Assembly: GCA_028096805.1 (NCBI GenBank)
Contig: JAOHDU010000001.1
Location: forward strand, 50,405 to 114,404
From: Pontimonas sp.
Lineage (GTDB): Bacteria > Actinomycetota > Actinomycetes > Actinomycetales > Microbacteriaceae
Direction of reading: 5' to 3'
Length of the DNA: 64,000 bases
Position numbers and translations under genes: made by a program. The notes under the pieces were generated by a model that saw only the letters and a program-made list of their open reading frames with translations, did no database searches and was not told the origin of the DNA. Positions 41,095-51,740 of this stretch are shown here, piece by piece (position 1 is the first letter of the stretch; each line of letters begins with the position of its first letter).

Positions 41095-44001
41095 TTAACG
41101 GGAGTCGCTCTCGTAAAAAACTCGCTCAAACACGGCGCGTGCTCGCCGGGTAGCGCGCAGGTATTCATCCTCGAGGACGCTGGCCGAGAGCGGTGGGTAC
41201 CCCATGAGTCGGGCGGCACCTTCCAAACCTGCGCGGTCATCGGGGAGCACATCCGTTGAGTTCGCTCCAAAAAGCGCCAGAGCGGTGCGAAGCCCCGAGG
41301 CCAACGTCCACGCGGTTTCGAGTTGCCCTGCATCCTCAGCTGCCAGCAAGCCACAGTTGCCCAATGCCGACAGCGCCTCGAGGGTGGAGGGCGTCCGAAT
41401 TTCCGGGTGCGCGTGCCCGTGGCGCAGTTGCAATAACTGAATCAGCCACTCGACGTCGCTGAGTGACCCTCGCCCAAGTTTCAGATGGCGTGAAGGGTCC
41501 GTGCCCTGCGGGAGTCGCTCGGCTTCCACGCGTGCCTTGATCCGCCGAATATCGCGCGCTTGGTCGCCGCCAAACTCCTCGGGGTAGCGATACGGCCCCG
41601 CCATCTGGAGAAACGCTTCTGACAGGGTCCTATCCCCCGCGCAATGGTCGGCGCGCAGAAGCGCCTGCGCCTCCCACCCGAGAGCCCAACGCTCGTAGTA
41701 CTGCTGGTACGCCTCGAGACTGCGCACGAGGGGGCCATTCTTGCCCTCGGGTCGCAACCCGGCATCCAATTCCAGCGGGAACAGCACGTCTTCGCCATAT
41801 TTTTTGACATCGCGCACAATCGCGTCCGCGAGCTGGCCCGCCTCATCGCCAGCGCCGGTGTCGCGGTACACCCACAACACATCCAAATCGGAGGAAAAGC
41901 CGATCTCGCGACCCCCGAGCCGCCCCATACTGATGACCGCGAAGTCCACTCCGGTAATACCGTGCCGGGCGAGAGCGAGAAGCCCCTCCACATGGGCTTG
42001 GGCCAGGTCCGCCAGCCCCGAGGCCGTGGTGGACGTTTCGGAGACCCCCAGGATGCTTCCGAGCGCCAAACGCAACAGCTCTCGGCGCCGGAAGGTGCGC
42101 AACGCCTGAGCAGCCGTGTCAGGGTCCGCCTGATGCCGCTGGAGGGTGGCCTGAACTTCCTCGAGCAAGGATTCGGCCCCTCGGGGCACTAAATCGTCAT
42201 CGTCATCCAGCCACTCGGCGCCCTCGGGAACGCGGGCGAAGAGTTTCTGCACAAATCCGCTGGTGGAGAGCACGCGGGTGAGACGCTGTGCTGCGCCCGA
42301 AGAATCGCGGAGCATACGAAGGAACCAATACGCCTCCCCCAGGTTGTCACTGAGATTTCGAAAGGCGAGCAGTCCCCCATCAGGATCTGTGCCCTCCGCC
42401 AACCACTGCAAAATCACCGGCAAAAGAGCGCGTTGAATTGCCGCTCTGCGTGACACCCCCTGGGTGAGGGCTGCCAGGTGGTGGAGGGCTCCCTCGGGAT
42501 TGACGAAACCGGAGGCCCCCAACCGCAATGCTGCCTGAGAGCTGGTGAGAGCCCCTCCGGCTTCATCAAGGCTTGCCACCGCCGAGAGGAGGGGGCGATA
42601 AAACAGCTTTTCGTGCAGACTTCGCACATCGCGCCGTGTGCTTCGCCAGACGTCACTGATACCCGAGGCAGTTTCCGCCAACCCGGTACGGCGCGCTAGC
42701 AGGCGCAGTTCCTCCTCGGTGTCTGGCATGACGTGGCTTCGAGCCATTGCGCCGAGTTGGATGCGGTGCTCCAGCAGGCGCAGAGTGCGGTAGGCCCCAT
42801 CAAACTCGTCCGCTTCGGCGCGACCGACATAGCCTGCCTGCGAGAGGGCCCGAAGGGCGCCGAGAGTGTCTCGCTGTCGGATGGACTCGTCCGTTGCTCC
42901 ATGCACCAACTGCAGCAGCTGGATCGTGAATTCTATATCGCGCAGCCCTCCCGGCCCCAACTTCACCTGGCGTTCTACTTCATCCGCCGGAATAGTGTTG
43001 GTGACCCGCTCCCGCATGCGCTGCACTTGCTCGACAAATCCCGGACGCCCTGACGCGCTAAACACGAGGGGGTTGAGCGCATCGACATAGCGCTGGCCTA
43101 AGCCCACGTCGCCGGCCAACGGCCGCGCCTTCAGCAACGCCTGGAACTCCCAATCGCTCGCCCACCGGTCGTAGTAGGCAAGGTGGGAGTCCAGAGTGCG
43201 GACCAGGGCGCCGTCTTTACCTTCCGGGCGCAGGTTAGCGTCCACTTCCCACAACCCCGGTTCGCTGCCGAACTCCATCACATTGCGCGCAGTCTCGCGC
43301 GCTAGCAGGGTCGCGCCCTGGAGGACCTTCTCACTCTCGGCGCCCTCAGGGACTTCGGTGACATAGATCACGTCAACGTCGCTGAGGTAGTTGAGCTCAC
43401 GCGCACCCGTTTTGCCCATCCCAATGATCGAGAGCGGAACGTCTTTCGCGGGCAAAGAGTGCTGGCGGCGCGCAATATCCAACGCGATTTCTAAGCACGC
43501 GCCGGCCATATCGGCCAAACAGGCAGCCACCTGCGGCAGGATCTGCCTGGCGTCAGCAGATCTTGCGTCAAAAAGCGCTAACTGACAAAGGTTGCGCCGA
43601 TACTGGACCCGCAACGCAGAGACCGCCTCGGCAGGCTCGAGCTTGCTGGTGACTGACCCAAAGAGCTCCACCCAGCCGTGTGCGGTGGGAAGAACAGTGA
43701 GGTCCTCGGTGAAGAGACTCCACTGTTCCGGTCTGCGCACAAGAAAGTCGGTGAGGCCCGTGCTCATGCCTGTGAGCACGATCACCGATTCCCTGGCGTG
43801 GGCGGACTTCACCAGTTTTGCCCAGGGGCCAGGATGCGCCTCCCGCATCGCCAAACACGTGGCTAGCGAAGCATCAGGGTCAGCGGAACCCGCAAAAAGT
43901 TCTGGCTCCCAGCCAAGCTCAGCAAGCCGCTGCTGCGCGGCGCCCAGGTCGCTAAAGCCTGCTTTAGCAAGGACCTGGAGAGTCGATCGCTCCCTCGTCA
44001 T
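41095..44001 (-). CDS. glnE: Glutamine synthetase adenylyltransferase
   Basis: Two NTase motifs, GMGKTGARELNYLSDVD and MGRLGGREIGFSSDLD. LRPEG, KLGPGGLRDIEF. Confidence 0.95.
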   Translation of the reverse strand: MTRERSTLQVLAKAGFSDLGAAQQRLAELGWEPELFAGSADPDASLATCLAMREAHPGPWAKLVKSAHARESVIVLTGMSTGLTDFLVRRPEQWSLFTEDLTVLPTAHGWVELFGSVTSKLEPAEAVSALRVQYRRNLCQLALFDARSADARQILPQVAACLADMAGACLEIALDIARRQHSLPAKDVPLSIIGMGKTGARELNYLSDVDVIYVTEVPEGAESEKVLQGATLLARETARNVMEFGSEPGLWEVDANLRPEGKDGALVRTLDSHLAYYDRWASDWEFQALLKARPLAGDVGLGQRYVDALNPLVFSASGRPGFVEQVQRMRERVTNTIPADEVERQVKLGPGGLRDIEFTIQLLQLVHGATDESIRQRDTLGALRALSQAGYVGRAEADEFDGAYRTLRLLEHRIQLGAMARSHVMPDTEEELRLLARRTGLAETASGISDVWRSTRRDVRSLHEKLFYRPLLSAVASLDEAGGALTSSQAALRLGASGFVNPEGALHHLAALTQGVSRRAAIQRALLPVILQWLAEGTDPDGGLLAFRNLSDNLGEAYWFLRMLRDSSGAAQRLTRVLSTSGFVQKLFARVPEGAEWLDDDDDLVPRGAESLLEEVQATLQRHQADPDTAAQALRTFRRRELLRLALGSILGVSETSTTASGLADLAQAHVEGLLALARHGITGVDFAVISMGRLGGREIGFSSDLDVLWVYRDTGAGDEAGQLADAIVRDVKKYGEDVLFPLELDAGLRPEGKNGPLVRSLEAYQQYYERWALGWEAQALLRADHCAGDRTLSEAFLQMAGPYRYPEEFGGDQARDIRRIKARVEAERLPQGTDPSRHLKLGRGSLSDVEWLIQLLQLRHGHAHPEIRTPSTLEALSALGNCGLLAAEDAGQLETAWTLASGLRTALALFGANSTDVLPDDRAGLEGAARLMGYPPLSASVLEDEYLRATRRARAVFERVFYESDSR

Positions 44002-44013
44002 CCCCGCACGGTG

Positions 44014-45351
44014 TTACAACAGCTCGAGGTTGCTGGCGAGCTCATACGGAGTGACCTGGGCGCGATACGCCTCCCACTCGCGTTTCTTGTTCAGCAGGAA
44101 GTAATTGAACACTCTCTCACCCAGTGTTTCTGCCACCAGTTCGCTGTTTTCCATTTGCACGAGCGCCTGGTCGAGGCTCGCGGGTAGGGGTTCGTAGCCC
44201 AACGCCCGGCGCTCGCCTTCACTGAGCTCCCACACGGTGTCCTCTGCTTCGGCCGGCAACTCGTAGTTGTTTTCAATACCTTTCAAGCCCGCCGCCAGCA
44301 GCAGCGAGAACGCCAGATACGGGTTGGCCGCAGAATCGATGCCACGGTACTCCACGCGCGCGCTTTGACCCTTGCTGGGCTTGTACAGCGGCACCCGGAC
44401 CAGGGCGGAACGGTTGTTGTGTCCCCAGGTCACATAACTGGGGGCTTCGTGTCCGCCCCAGAGGCGCTTATACGAGTTCACAAACTGGTTGGTAATGGCG
44501 GTGAACTCGGGAGCGTGTTTCAGCACACCCGCCACAAAGGAGCGTCCCACGGCGGAGAGCTGGTACTTACCTCCCGCGTCAAAGAACGCGTTCGTGTCGC
44601 CCTCAAACAAGGAAAGGTGGGTGTGCATACCCGAGCCTGGGTGGGAGGCCATGGGCTTGGGCATAAACGTGGCGTAGACACCCTGCTCGATAGCGACTTC
44701 TTTGACCACGGTTCTAAACGTCATGATGTTGTCAGCAGTCGTCAAGGCATCGGCATAACGCAGGTCGATTTCGTTTTGACCGGGGCCCGCCTCATGGTGG
44801 CTGAACTCGACCGAGATTCCCAGGTCTTCCAACATTCGCACGGCGCGCCGCCGGAAATCGTGAGCGGTTCCGCCGGGAACATTGTCAAAATATCCCGCAG
44901 AATCGACAGGTTCGGGACCGTTGGGACCGTAGGCGCTCGACTTCAAGAGGTAAAACTCCACCTCCGGGTGCGTGTAAAACGTGAAGCCGAGGTCGGCTGC
45001 CTTCTCCAACTGACGCTTGAGAACATGGCGGGGGTCTACGGCCGCAGGTTGGCCATCGGGGGTAGTGATGTCGCAGAACATTCGCGCGGTGGGATCAACT
45101 TCACCCCTCCAGGGAAGAATCTGGAACGTGGTCGGGTCAGGGTGCGCCAGCACATCGGCTTCGAATGCCCGAGTAAACCCTTCAATGGACGAACCATCGA
45201 TTCCCAAGCCCTCGGCAAAAGCGCCTTCAATTTCGGCGGGTGCTACCGCCACCATCTTCAACGTGCCCACCACATCGGTGAACCACAACCGAATGAATTT
45301 CACTCCGCGCTCTTCAATAGTGCGCAAGACAAAGTCGCGTTGTTTATCCAC
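44014..45351 (-). CDS. glnA2: Glutamine synthetase family protein (GlnA2)
   Basis: RLWFTD, DGSSIEG, HHEAGPGQNEI, TFMPKP, GSGMHTH. Confidence 0.92.
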   Translation of the reverse strand: MDKQRDFVLRTIEERGVKFIRLWFTDVVGTLKMVAVAPAEIEGAFAEGLGIDGSSIEGFTRAFEADVLAHPDPTTFQILPWRGEVDPTARMFCDITTPDGQPAAVDPRHVLKRQLEKAADLGFTFYTHPEVEFYLLKSSAYGPNGPEPVDSAGYFDNVPGGTAHDFRRRAVRMLEDLGISVEFSHHEAGPGQNEIDLRYADALTTADNIMTFRTVVKEVAIEQGVYATFMPKPMASHPGSGMHTHLSLFEGDTNAFFDAGGKYQLSAVGRSFVAGVLKHAPEFTAITNQFVNSYKRLWGGHEAPSYVTWGHNNRSALVRVPLYKPSKGQSARVEYRGIDSAANPYLAFSLLLAAGLKGIENNYELPAEAEDTVWELSEGERRALGYEPLPASLDQALVQMENSELVAETLGERVFNYFLLNKKREWEAYRAQVTPYELASNLELL

Positions 45352-45410
45352 TGTTTCCCCCAGATTGGGCGCTCACCGGCGCAGAAAGCTCTGGCATTAG
45401 GCTACTGGTT

Positions 45411-47162
45411 ATGCCCCGTTTTCGCTTAGCTTTAGCGCAAACCAACCCCATTGTGGGTCATCGCTCCCACAACGCTCAGACTCTTCTCGACTGTGCTCGG
45501 GTTGCCTACGACCAGGGCGCACAAGCCATGCTGAGCGGTGAGCTCTCCCTCACGGGCTACCCGATCGAAGATTTGGCGCTGCGGGATAATTTTTTGGAAC
45601 TGTCACGGGCCTCCTTGGCGGAGCTGGCAAGCGCACTCCAGGCCGAAGGTATGGGCGATATGGCGGTCATTGTGGGGCACCCCGATGGGCCGCATACGCT
45701 GGCTGATGACGCCACCATCCTGCACTCTGCCGCCCGGGCCACAAACAGCGCCAGCGTTCTCTTGGGCGGGAAAATTCAGGCCACCTACGCCAAACACCAC
45801 TTGCCCACGTACGCCGTGTTCGACGAATCCCGAACGTTTGTGCCGGGGACCGAAACTCTCATCCTGCGCATGGCGGGTGTTGACGCAGGGATCGTTATTT
45901 GCGAAGACTTGTGGCGCAGCGACGGCCCCGTGGAAACTCTCACGGGTTACCCCCTGGGGCTTTTGCTGGTTCCCAATGCGTCCCCCTTCCAGCGGGATAA
46001 AGCCACCGTGCGAGAGCCGCTGGTAACCCAGCGCGCGCAGGAGATGGACACCCACGTTGCCTATGTGAACATTGCTGGTGGGCAGGACGATCTCGTGTTT
46101 GATGGCGACAGCATGATCGTCTCCCCCGCCGGGCATCGCACAGTGTCCTCCGCATGGTTTGACGAAGACGTGACAGTGGCAGACCTCGAGATCCCGCCAT
46201 TCGGCGCTGAGGCGCCACTGCCCGCCGGTGCTCGACGGGTGGAGCTTGCGGGAGTCCGCGCCCCCGGGTCACAACCTCTTCCCCCTCCCACACCGCGCAC
46301 CGATGATCCGCTGGAGCTGGTGTGGCAAGCAATCACCACGGGCATCCGAGATTATGTGAATAAGAACGGTTTCCCCTCGGTTATCCTCGGGCTCTCCGGA
46401 GGCATTGACTCAGCCTTGTGCGCATCGCTCGCAACCGATGCGCTTGGTCCGGAACGGGTTTTTGGCGTGGGGATGCCCAGTGCCCACTCGAGTGAACACT
46501 CGCTAGAAGATGCAAAGGCCCTCGCCGACAACGTAGGAATGGCCTACCGCGTGGAGAGCATCACGAAGCTGGTCGCCGGTTTTGATGACCAGCTGGGTCT
46601 GACCGGTCTGGCGGCAGAGAATGTCCAAGCCCGCGCCCGGGGTGTGCTGCTGATGGCACTCTCGAACCAAGAGGGCCACCTGGTGCTGACCACAGGCAAC
46701 AAGTCAGAGCTCGCCGTGGGCTACTCCACCATCTACGGTGACTCCGTGGGGGGTTTTGCACCGATCAAAGACGTCCCCAAGACGCTGGTATGGGAATTGG
46801 CGCGGTGGCGAAACGCTCGGGCTCAATCGCTGGGGGAAACACCCCCCATCCCCGCGAACTCGATCGACAAGCCGCCCAGCGCTGAACTGCGTCCGGACCA
46901 AACCGACCAGGACAGCCTTCCTGACTACGAGGTGCTCGACCAGATTCTTGAACTCCTGGTCGTCCAAGGCGCTGACGCACCCCAAATCGTCGCGCGGGGC
47001 TTTGAAGAAACTCTCGTCCACGAGGTGGTGGCCCTGGTGTCCCGCGCGGAATGGAAGCGTCGCCAGGGTGCGATTGGGCCCCGAATTTCTAGTGTGGCTT
47101 TTGGGAGAGACCGACGGCTCCCGATTACCAACACCCTGTCGCAGTTCGAGCGCCCCGAGTAG
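45411..47162 (+). CDS. nadE: Glutamine-dependent NAD+ synthetase
   Basis: Nitrilase domain (ICEDLW) plus SGGIDS, TTGNKSE, KPPSAEL. Confidence 0.96.
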   Translation: MPRFRLALAQTNPIVGHRSHNAQTLLDCARVAYDQGAQAMLSGELSLTGYPIEDLALRDNFLELSRASLAELASALQAEGMGDMAVIVGHPDGPHTLADDATILHSAARATNSASVLLGGKIQATYAKHHLPTYAVFDESRTFVPGTETLILRMAGVDAGIVICEDLWRSDGPVETLTGYPLGLLLVPNASPFQRDKATVREPLVTQRAQEMDTHVAYVNIAGGQDDLVFDGDSMIVSPAGHRTVSSAWFDEDVTVADLEIPPFGAEAPLPAGARRVELAGVRAPGSQPLPPPTPRTDDPLELVWQAITTGIRDYVNKNGFPSVILGLSGGIDSALCASLATDALGPERVFGVGMPSAHSSEHSLEDAKALADNVGMAYRVESITKLVAGFDDQLGLTGLAAENVQARARGVLLMALSNQEGHLVLTTGNKSELAVGYSTIYGDSVGGFAPIKDVPKTLVWELARWRNARAQSLGETPPIPANSIDKPPSAELRPDQTDQDSLPDYEVLDQILELLVVQGADAPQIVARGFEETLVHEVVALVSRAEWKRRQGAIGPRISSVAFGRDRRLPITNTLSQFERPE

Positions 47163-47171
47163 GCTCCCATC

Positions 47172-47987
47172 ATGTCTTCTTCGCCTAAACGCGTTCGCGT
47201 CCGCCATTTCGCCCGCGCCAAGCAGGAGGGTATTCGGATTACCGGCATCACCAGCTATGACTTTCTGACGGCGGGAGTGTTTGACGAAGCTGGCGTTGAC
47301 TTCCTGCTGATCGGTGATTCCGCCGCAAATGTGGTTTTTGGTTACGACTCCACCGTCCCCGTCACTGTTGACGAGCTGATTCCGTTGTGTCGTGGGGTTG
47401 CGAAGGCTGCCTCGCGCGCGCTGGTGGTGGCCGATCTACCTTTCGGATCGTACGAGGCGAGCGCCGACGAAGCGCTCCACACCGCCATTCGTTTCATGAA
47501 GGAATCAGGCGTGCACGCGGTCAAACTGGAGGGTGGCGTTCGCTCTCGTGACCACATCTCCCGCATTGTTGAGGCCGGGATTCCGGTCATGGGCCATGTG
47601 GGCTTCACTCCCCAAAGTGAGCACGGACTCGGTGGTCACGTTGTTCAGGGGCGCGGCAGTGGCGCGGAGGCACTCATGGAGGATGCCCTCGCGGTCCAGG
47701 AAGCTGGAGCCTTCGCGGTGGTGATCGAAATGGTGCCACAGAGTATTGCTCGCCAGGTGAGCGAAGCACTCACCATCCCCACCATTGGGATCGGGGCAGG
47801 CCCGGGCACTGACGGTCAAATCCTTGTGTGGTCAGACCTTGCGGGGCTTAACACCGACCGCCTCCCGCGCTTTGTCAAGCAATACGCCTCGTTGCGCGAT
47901 GTGCTCCACGGGGCAGTATCGCAGTGGCGTGACGAAGTGGAATCAGGGGCCTTCCCAGGGCCGGAGCACAGCTTCGACGAGGACTAG
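47172..47987 (+). CDS. panB: 3-methyl-2-oxobutanoate hydroxymethyltransferase
   Basis: LIGDS, ADLPFGSY, VKLEGG, GHVGFTPQ. Confidence 0.97.
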   Translation: MSSSPKRVRVRHFARAKQEGIRITGITSYDFLTAGVFDEAGVDFLLIGDSAANVVFGYDSTVPVTVDELIPLCRGVAKAASRALVVADLPFGSYEASADEALHTAIRFMKESGVHAVKLEGGVRSRDHISRIVEAGIPVMGHVGFTPQSEHGLGGHVVQGRGSGAEALMEDALAVQEAGAFAVVIEMVPQSIARQVSEALTIPTIGIGAGPGTDGQILVWSDLAGLNTDRLPRFVKQYASLRDVLHGAVSQWRDEVESGAFPGPEHSFDED

Positions 47988-48157
47988 GCCTCCTCCTCCG
48001 CTTCCCAGGCAGCAGCGCGCTCGCGCGCAATTTCCGGGGCTCTGGCCGCTTCAGCTTCGGACTCAAACGGGCCATCACGGTGCATCCCCAGGGACTGAGG
48101 TCCGTATTCCACCTCGCCGGTAACGTGGTTAAACCACCACTTCTTTGTCTCTGCCAT
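47984..48157 (-). CDS. Small conserved actinobacterial protein (57 aa), below the ORF track cutoff
   Basis: Manual translation MAETKKWWFNHVTGEVEYGPQSLGMHRDGPFESEAEAARAPEIARERAAAWEAEEEA. GGGAG RBS. CTAG stop overlap with panB. Confidence 0.8.
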   Translation of the reverse strand: MAETKKWWFNHVTGEVEYGPQSLGMHRDGPFESEAEAARAPEIARERAAAWEAEEEA

Positions 48158-48182
48158 CAGCTCCCCCGTTTAGACTGTGTGC

Positions 48183-49049
48183 GTGCCAAAAGATGCCTCT
48201 GGAATTCTGATCCCCGGCACCCTCGCACCGCAACGACCCGTGGACCCTTCCATCACGGCTCCAGAATACGTCGGCAAACGAGCACCACGAGACCACCAGG
48301 GCGATGATGTCTATTCCGACGAGGAAATCGAGGCCATCCGCGCAGCAGGAACCATTGCTGCGCAAGCGATCGAAGCAGCCGGCGCCGCCGTCGTCCCCGG
48401 GGTCACCACAAACGAACTTGACCGCATCGCCCACGACTATGTGACCAGCCATGGCGCTTACCCGTCAACCCTCGGCTACCGGGGATACCCAAAATCTTGC
48501 TGCACGTCCCTCAATGAAGTGATTTGTCACGGCATCCCGGATGACACCGTGGTGGAAGAAGGTGACATTGTCAACATTGATATCACCGCCTACTTGAATG
48601 GTTTCCACGGTGACCTGAACAAGACTTTTATCGCCGGGCAGGCTTCAGAAGAGGCCACGTTGCTGGTGGAGCGAACCGAGGAGGCTTTGCGCCGCGGAAT
48701 CAAGGCCGTGGCGCCAGGTCGCCACATCAATGTCATTGGTCGAGCGATTGAAGCTTATGCGTCACGCTTTGGGTACGGGGTGGTGAAGGATTTCACCGGC
48801 CACGGAGTGGGGTCGTCTTTCCACTCCGGCCTGATCATCCCCCACTATGACGCGGCACCGCTCTATGACCAGAGAATTGAACCGGGAATGGTCTTCACCA
48901 TCGAGCCGATGTTGACTCTGGGCACTATCGCGTGGGACATGTGGGAGGACGGCTGGACCGTCACCACGAAGGACAAGAAACTCTCCGCCCAGTTTGAACA
49001 CACCCTGGTGGTTACCGACACCGGAGCAGAAATATTGACGCTGCCATGA
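48183..49049 (+). CDS. map: Methionine aminopeptidase type I
   Basis: CHGIP, NIDIT, HGDLN, GHGVG, FTIEPM, AQFEHT. TAGACT -10 lies 6 nt before GTG 48183. Confidence 0.96.
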   Translation: MPKDASGILIPGTLAPQRPVDPSITAPEYVGKRAPRDHQGDDVYSDEEIEAIRAAGTIAAQAIEAAGAAVVPGVTTNELDRIAHDYVTSHGAYPSTLGYRGYPKSCCTSLNEVICHGIPDDTVVEEGDIVNIDITAYLNGFHGDLNKTFIAGQASEEATLLVERTEEALRRGIKAVAPGRHINVIGRAIEAYASRFGYGVVKDFTGHGVGSSFHSGLIIPHYDAAPLYDQRIEPGMVFTIEPMLTLGTIAWDMWEDGWTVTTKDKKLSAQFEHTLVVTDTGAEILTLP

Positions 49050-49795
49050 GTGTCGCGCTGGGCATTGATATTGGCGGAACGGGCATCAAAGGCGCCCGAG
49101 TGAACCTCGCCACGGGAGAGCTTGTCTCCGACCGCGTCAAAATAGCGACGCCTGAGGGCGCCCACCCACCCGACGTGTTGGACGTTGTTCAGGAAATTGT
49201 GAACACTCTCGAGCACCGTGAGCACGAGCCCATTGGTGTCTGTTTCCCCGCGGTGGTCACCCACGGTCGCACCCGCTCGGCCAGTAACGTCTCCCAGGAG
49301 TGGATTGATTTCCCCGCAGACGAGTACCTAACCCAGGAGCTTGGCCAACCGATTCGCATGGTCAACGACGCGGATGCCGCAGGATTCGCAGAAGCGTCGC
49401 TCGGTTCAGCCCGCGGGGTCGACGGCCTTGTCATTCTCACCACCTTGGGAACCGGAATTGGCAGTGCCTTCTTGATGGATGGTGTGCTTGTCCCCAATTC
49501 AGAGCTGGGTCTCCTCGAAATTGACGGCGAGTTAGCCGAAAAACGAGCCGCAAACTCGGCGAGAGAACGCGAAGGCTTGTCTTTTGAGGAATGGGCCCCT
49601 CGTCTCACCCGCTTCTATACCCACGTGGAGACTCTGTTTGCTCCCGAGTTGTTCGTGATCGGCGGTGGCGTCTCCTCAAGCCACGAGAATTTCTTCCCCC
49701 TTATCGAGGCTGGCACCCCCCTTGTTCCCGCGCATTTCCTCAATAACGCCGGAATTATTGGCAGCGCCCTCTGGGCAACCAAGCCCCAGGATTAG
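49046..49795 (+). CDS. ppgK: Polyphosphate glucokinase (ROK family)
   Basis: [40 protein letters not shown]. Confidence 0.9.
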   Translation: MSVALGIDIGGTGIKGARVNLATGELVSDRVKIATPEGAHPPDVLDVVQEIVNTLEHREHEPIGVCFPAVVTHGRTRSASNVSQEWIDFPADEYLTQELGQPIRMVNDADAAGFAEASLGSARGVDGLVILTTLGTGIGSAFLMDGVLVPNSELGLLEIDGELAEKRAANSAREREGLSFEEWAPRLTRFYTHVETLFAPELFVIGGGVSSSHENFFPLIEAGTPLVPAHFLNNAGIIGSALWATKPQD

Positions 49796-51276
49796 GCAGC
49801 GACGACAAAACTTTGGAGGTCGGCGGCCAAGTGGTCATCGACCACCACGCTCATCAGGGTGCCGCGCTCGTCGTAGTCAGTCGAACGAACAATCGCCTCG
49901 TTGTGCATGCGGGCCACGAGCTCTCCTCGGTCAAAGGGAATGATCACCGATAGCTCAATGGTGGGACGAGGTAGTTCTGAATCAATTCGCTCCAACAGTG
50001 CGTCGACGCCCTCACCAGTGTGAGCGGAGACAAACAGCGCTGCTGGCTCAATACCGCGCAGTTGCAACACAGTGGCATCGTCGATGGAATCGATCTTGTT
50101 GAACACCACAATCTCCGCGACATCACTGGCATCAACGTCGGAAATCACTCCGCGCACCGTGGAGAGCTGCGCACCGGGGTCAGGGTGGCTGGCATCGACA
50201 ACATGCACGATGACGTCGGCTTGACCTACTTCTTCCAGAGTGGAGCGAAACGCCTCAACAAGCTCGTGGGGCAGATTCCTCACAAAACCCACCGTGTCTG
50301 TCAACGTGAAGGCACGCCCCGTGGGAGTCACGCTCTTACGCACGGTCGCATCCAGGGTGGCAAAGAGGGCGTCTTCGACCAGAACCCCCGCCTGCGTCAT
50401 GCGGTTGAGCAGTGAAGATTTCCCGGCATTCGTATACCCGGCAATAGCGACGTTCGGGATTCCGGTCCGCTTGCGATTGGCACGCTTGGTCTCTCGGGCG
50501 GGTCCAAAACCTTTGATTTGTTTGCGCAACTTCGCCATGCGAGTGTTGATGCGCCGTCGATCAAGCTCAATTTTCGTTTCACCCGGGCCACGGCTCCCCA
50601 TACCCGCGCCGGCTCCACCCACTTGACCACCGGCTTGACGGCTCATCGATTCACCCCAGCCTCGCAATCGAGGCAGTAGGTACTGAAGCTGCGCCAGCTC
50701 CACCTGGGCCTTACCCTCTCGGGTCTTGGCGTGTTGAGAGAAAATATCCAAGATGACCGCGGTGCGGTCAATGACTTTAACTTTCAAAACGTCCTCGAGT
50801 GCACGCCGCTGGGACGGTGCGAGCTCGGTGTCCGCAACCACGGTATCTGCGCCCACCTGCCACACGAGGTCCTTGACCTCACGGGCTTTTCCCTTCCCCA
50901 GATAGGTGGAAGCATCCGGGTGAGGCAATCGTTGCACCACACCATCGAGAACCTGGGCGCCGGCTGTTTCACACAGCAGGGCGAGTTCTTTCAGGGAGTT
51001 TTCTGCCTCGGTGGAGGTCCCGCGGTCGTAGACCCCAATCAGCACAACCTTTTCGAGGCGCAACTCACGATATTCGACCTCGGTGACGTCATCCAGTTCC
51101 GTCGACAGCCCCGCTACGCGACGCAGGGCCTGGCGCTCTTCCCTCTCAAAATCGCCGCCGGTGGGGGCGGACGCCGGGGCCTGGGTTTCTATCGGCCGAG
51201 AGAAGACGGTGACGGGAGCTGACTCGGCTTCTTCGGCCGCGAGGATGCGGTCTATCGGGTCAGAAGAGGTCGCCAT
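49792..51276 (-). CDS. hflX: Ribosome-splitting GTPase HflX
   Basis: GPGETKIE, GYTNAGKS, FATLD, DTVGF, NKID. Confidence 0.96.
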   Translation of the reverse strand: MATSSDPIDRILAAEEAESAPVTVFSRPIETQAPASAPTGGDFEREERQALRRVAGLSTELDDVTEVEYRELRLEKVVLIGVYDRGTSTEAENSLKELALLCETAGAQVLDGVVQRLPHPDASTYLGKGKAREVKDLVWQVGADTVVADTELAPSQRRALEDVLKVKVIDRTAVILDIFSQHAKTREGKAQVELAQLQYLLPRLRGWGESMSRQAGGQVGGAGAGMGSRGPGETKIELDRRRINTRMAKLRKQIKGFGPARETKRANRKRTGIPNVAIAGYTNAGKSSLLNRMTQAGVLVEDALFATLDATVRKSVTPTGRAFTLTDTVGFVRNLPHELVEAFRSTLEEVGQADVIVHVVDASHPDPGAQLSTVRGVISDVDASDVAEIVVFNKIDSIDDATVLQLRGIEPAALFVSAHTGEGVDALLERIDSELPRPTIELSVIIPFDRGELVARMHNEAIVRSTDYDERGTLMSVVVDDHLAADLQSFVVAA

Positions 51277-51323
51277 GTGTGTTTCAGGTTACCGCTTTTG
51301 AGCCCGCGAAACCGGTGATGTGT

Positions 51324-51692
51324 TCAGCTGTTAGCGATGCGACGACCCTGCCCGTCGCGGGCGCTTTTCGTGGCAAAAAGGACGGCATCGATAATCCACC
51401 ACAGCCCGCCGCCACCGACGGTCAGTAATTTCACCACACCGAGCCCTGCGCGGCCGGCGTAAAAACGGTCAACGCCGAGATAACCGAGCAGCACAGAAAG
51501 CACAAAACCGACGACCCAGCTCTTATGGGAGAACAGTCCCGGAATATCGCCCGCGGGGTAGGACATCTGCGAGTCCTGATCCGTAATGACCGTGTCGGGC
51601 TGAATCGCACGGTCACGAGCCATTTGGCCGAGCGTTTCATCGTCAACTCCGAGCGGTGCTCCGCTTTTTACGGTGATAATCCAGGTACCCAT
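51324..51692 (-). CDS. TM2 domain membrane protein
   Basis: LLGYLGVDRFY...KLLTVGGGGLWWIID. Confidence 0.88.
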   Translation of the reverse strand: MGTWIITVKSGAPLGVDDETLGQMARDRAIQPDTVITDQDSQMSYPAGDIPGLFSHKSWVVGFVLSVLLGYLGVDRFYAGRAGLGVVKLLTVGGGGLWWIIDAVLFATKSARDGQGRRIANS

Positions 51693-51740
51693 TCCGTCCC
51701 CCTTCGCTTCTTCATGCTAAAGCAGCGGGGTGACATCGCC

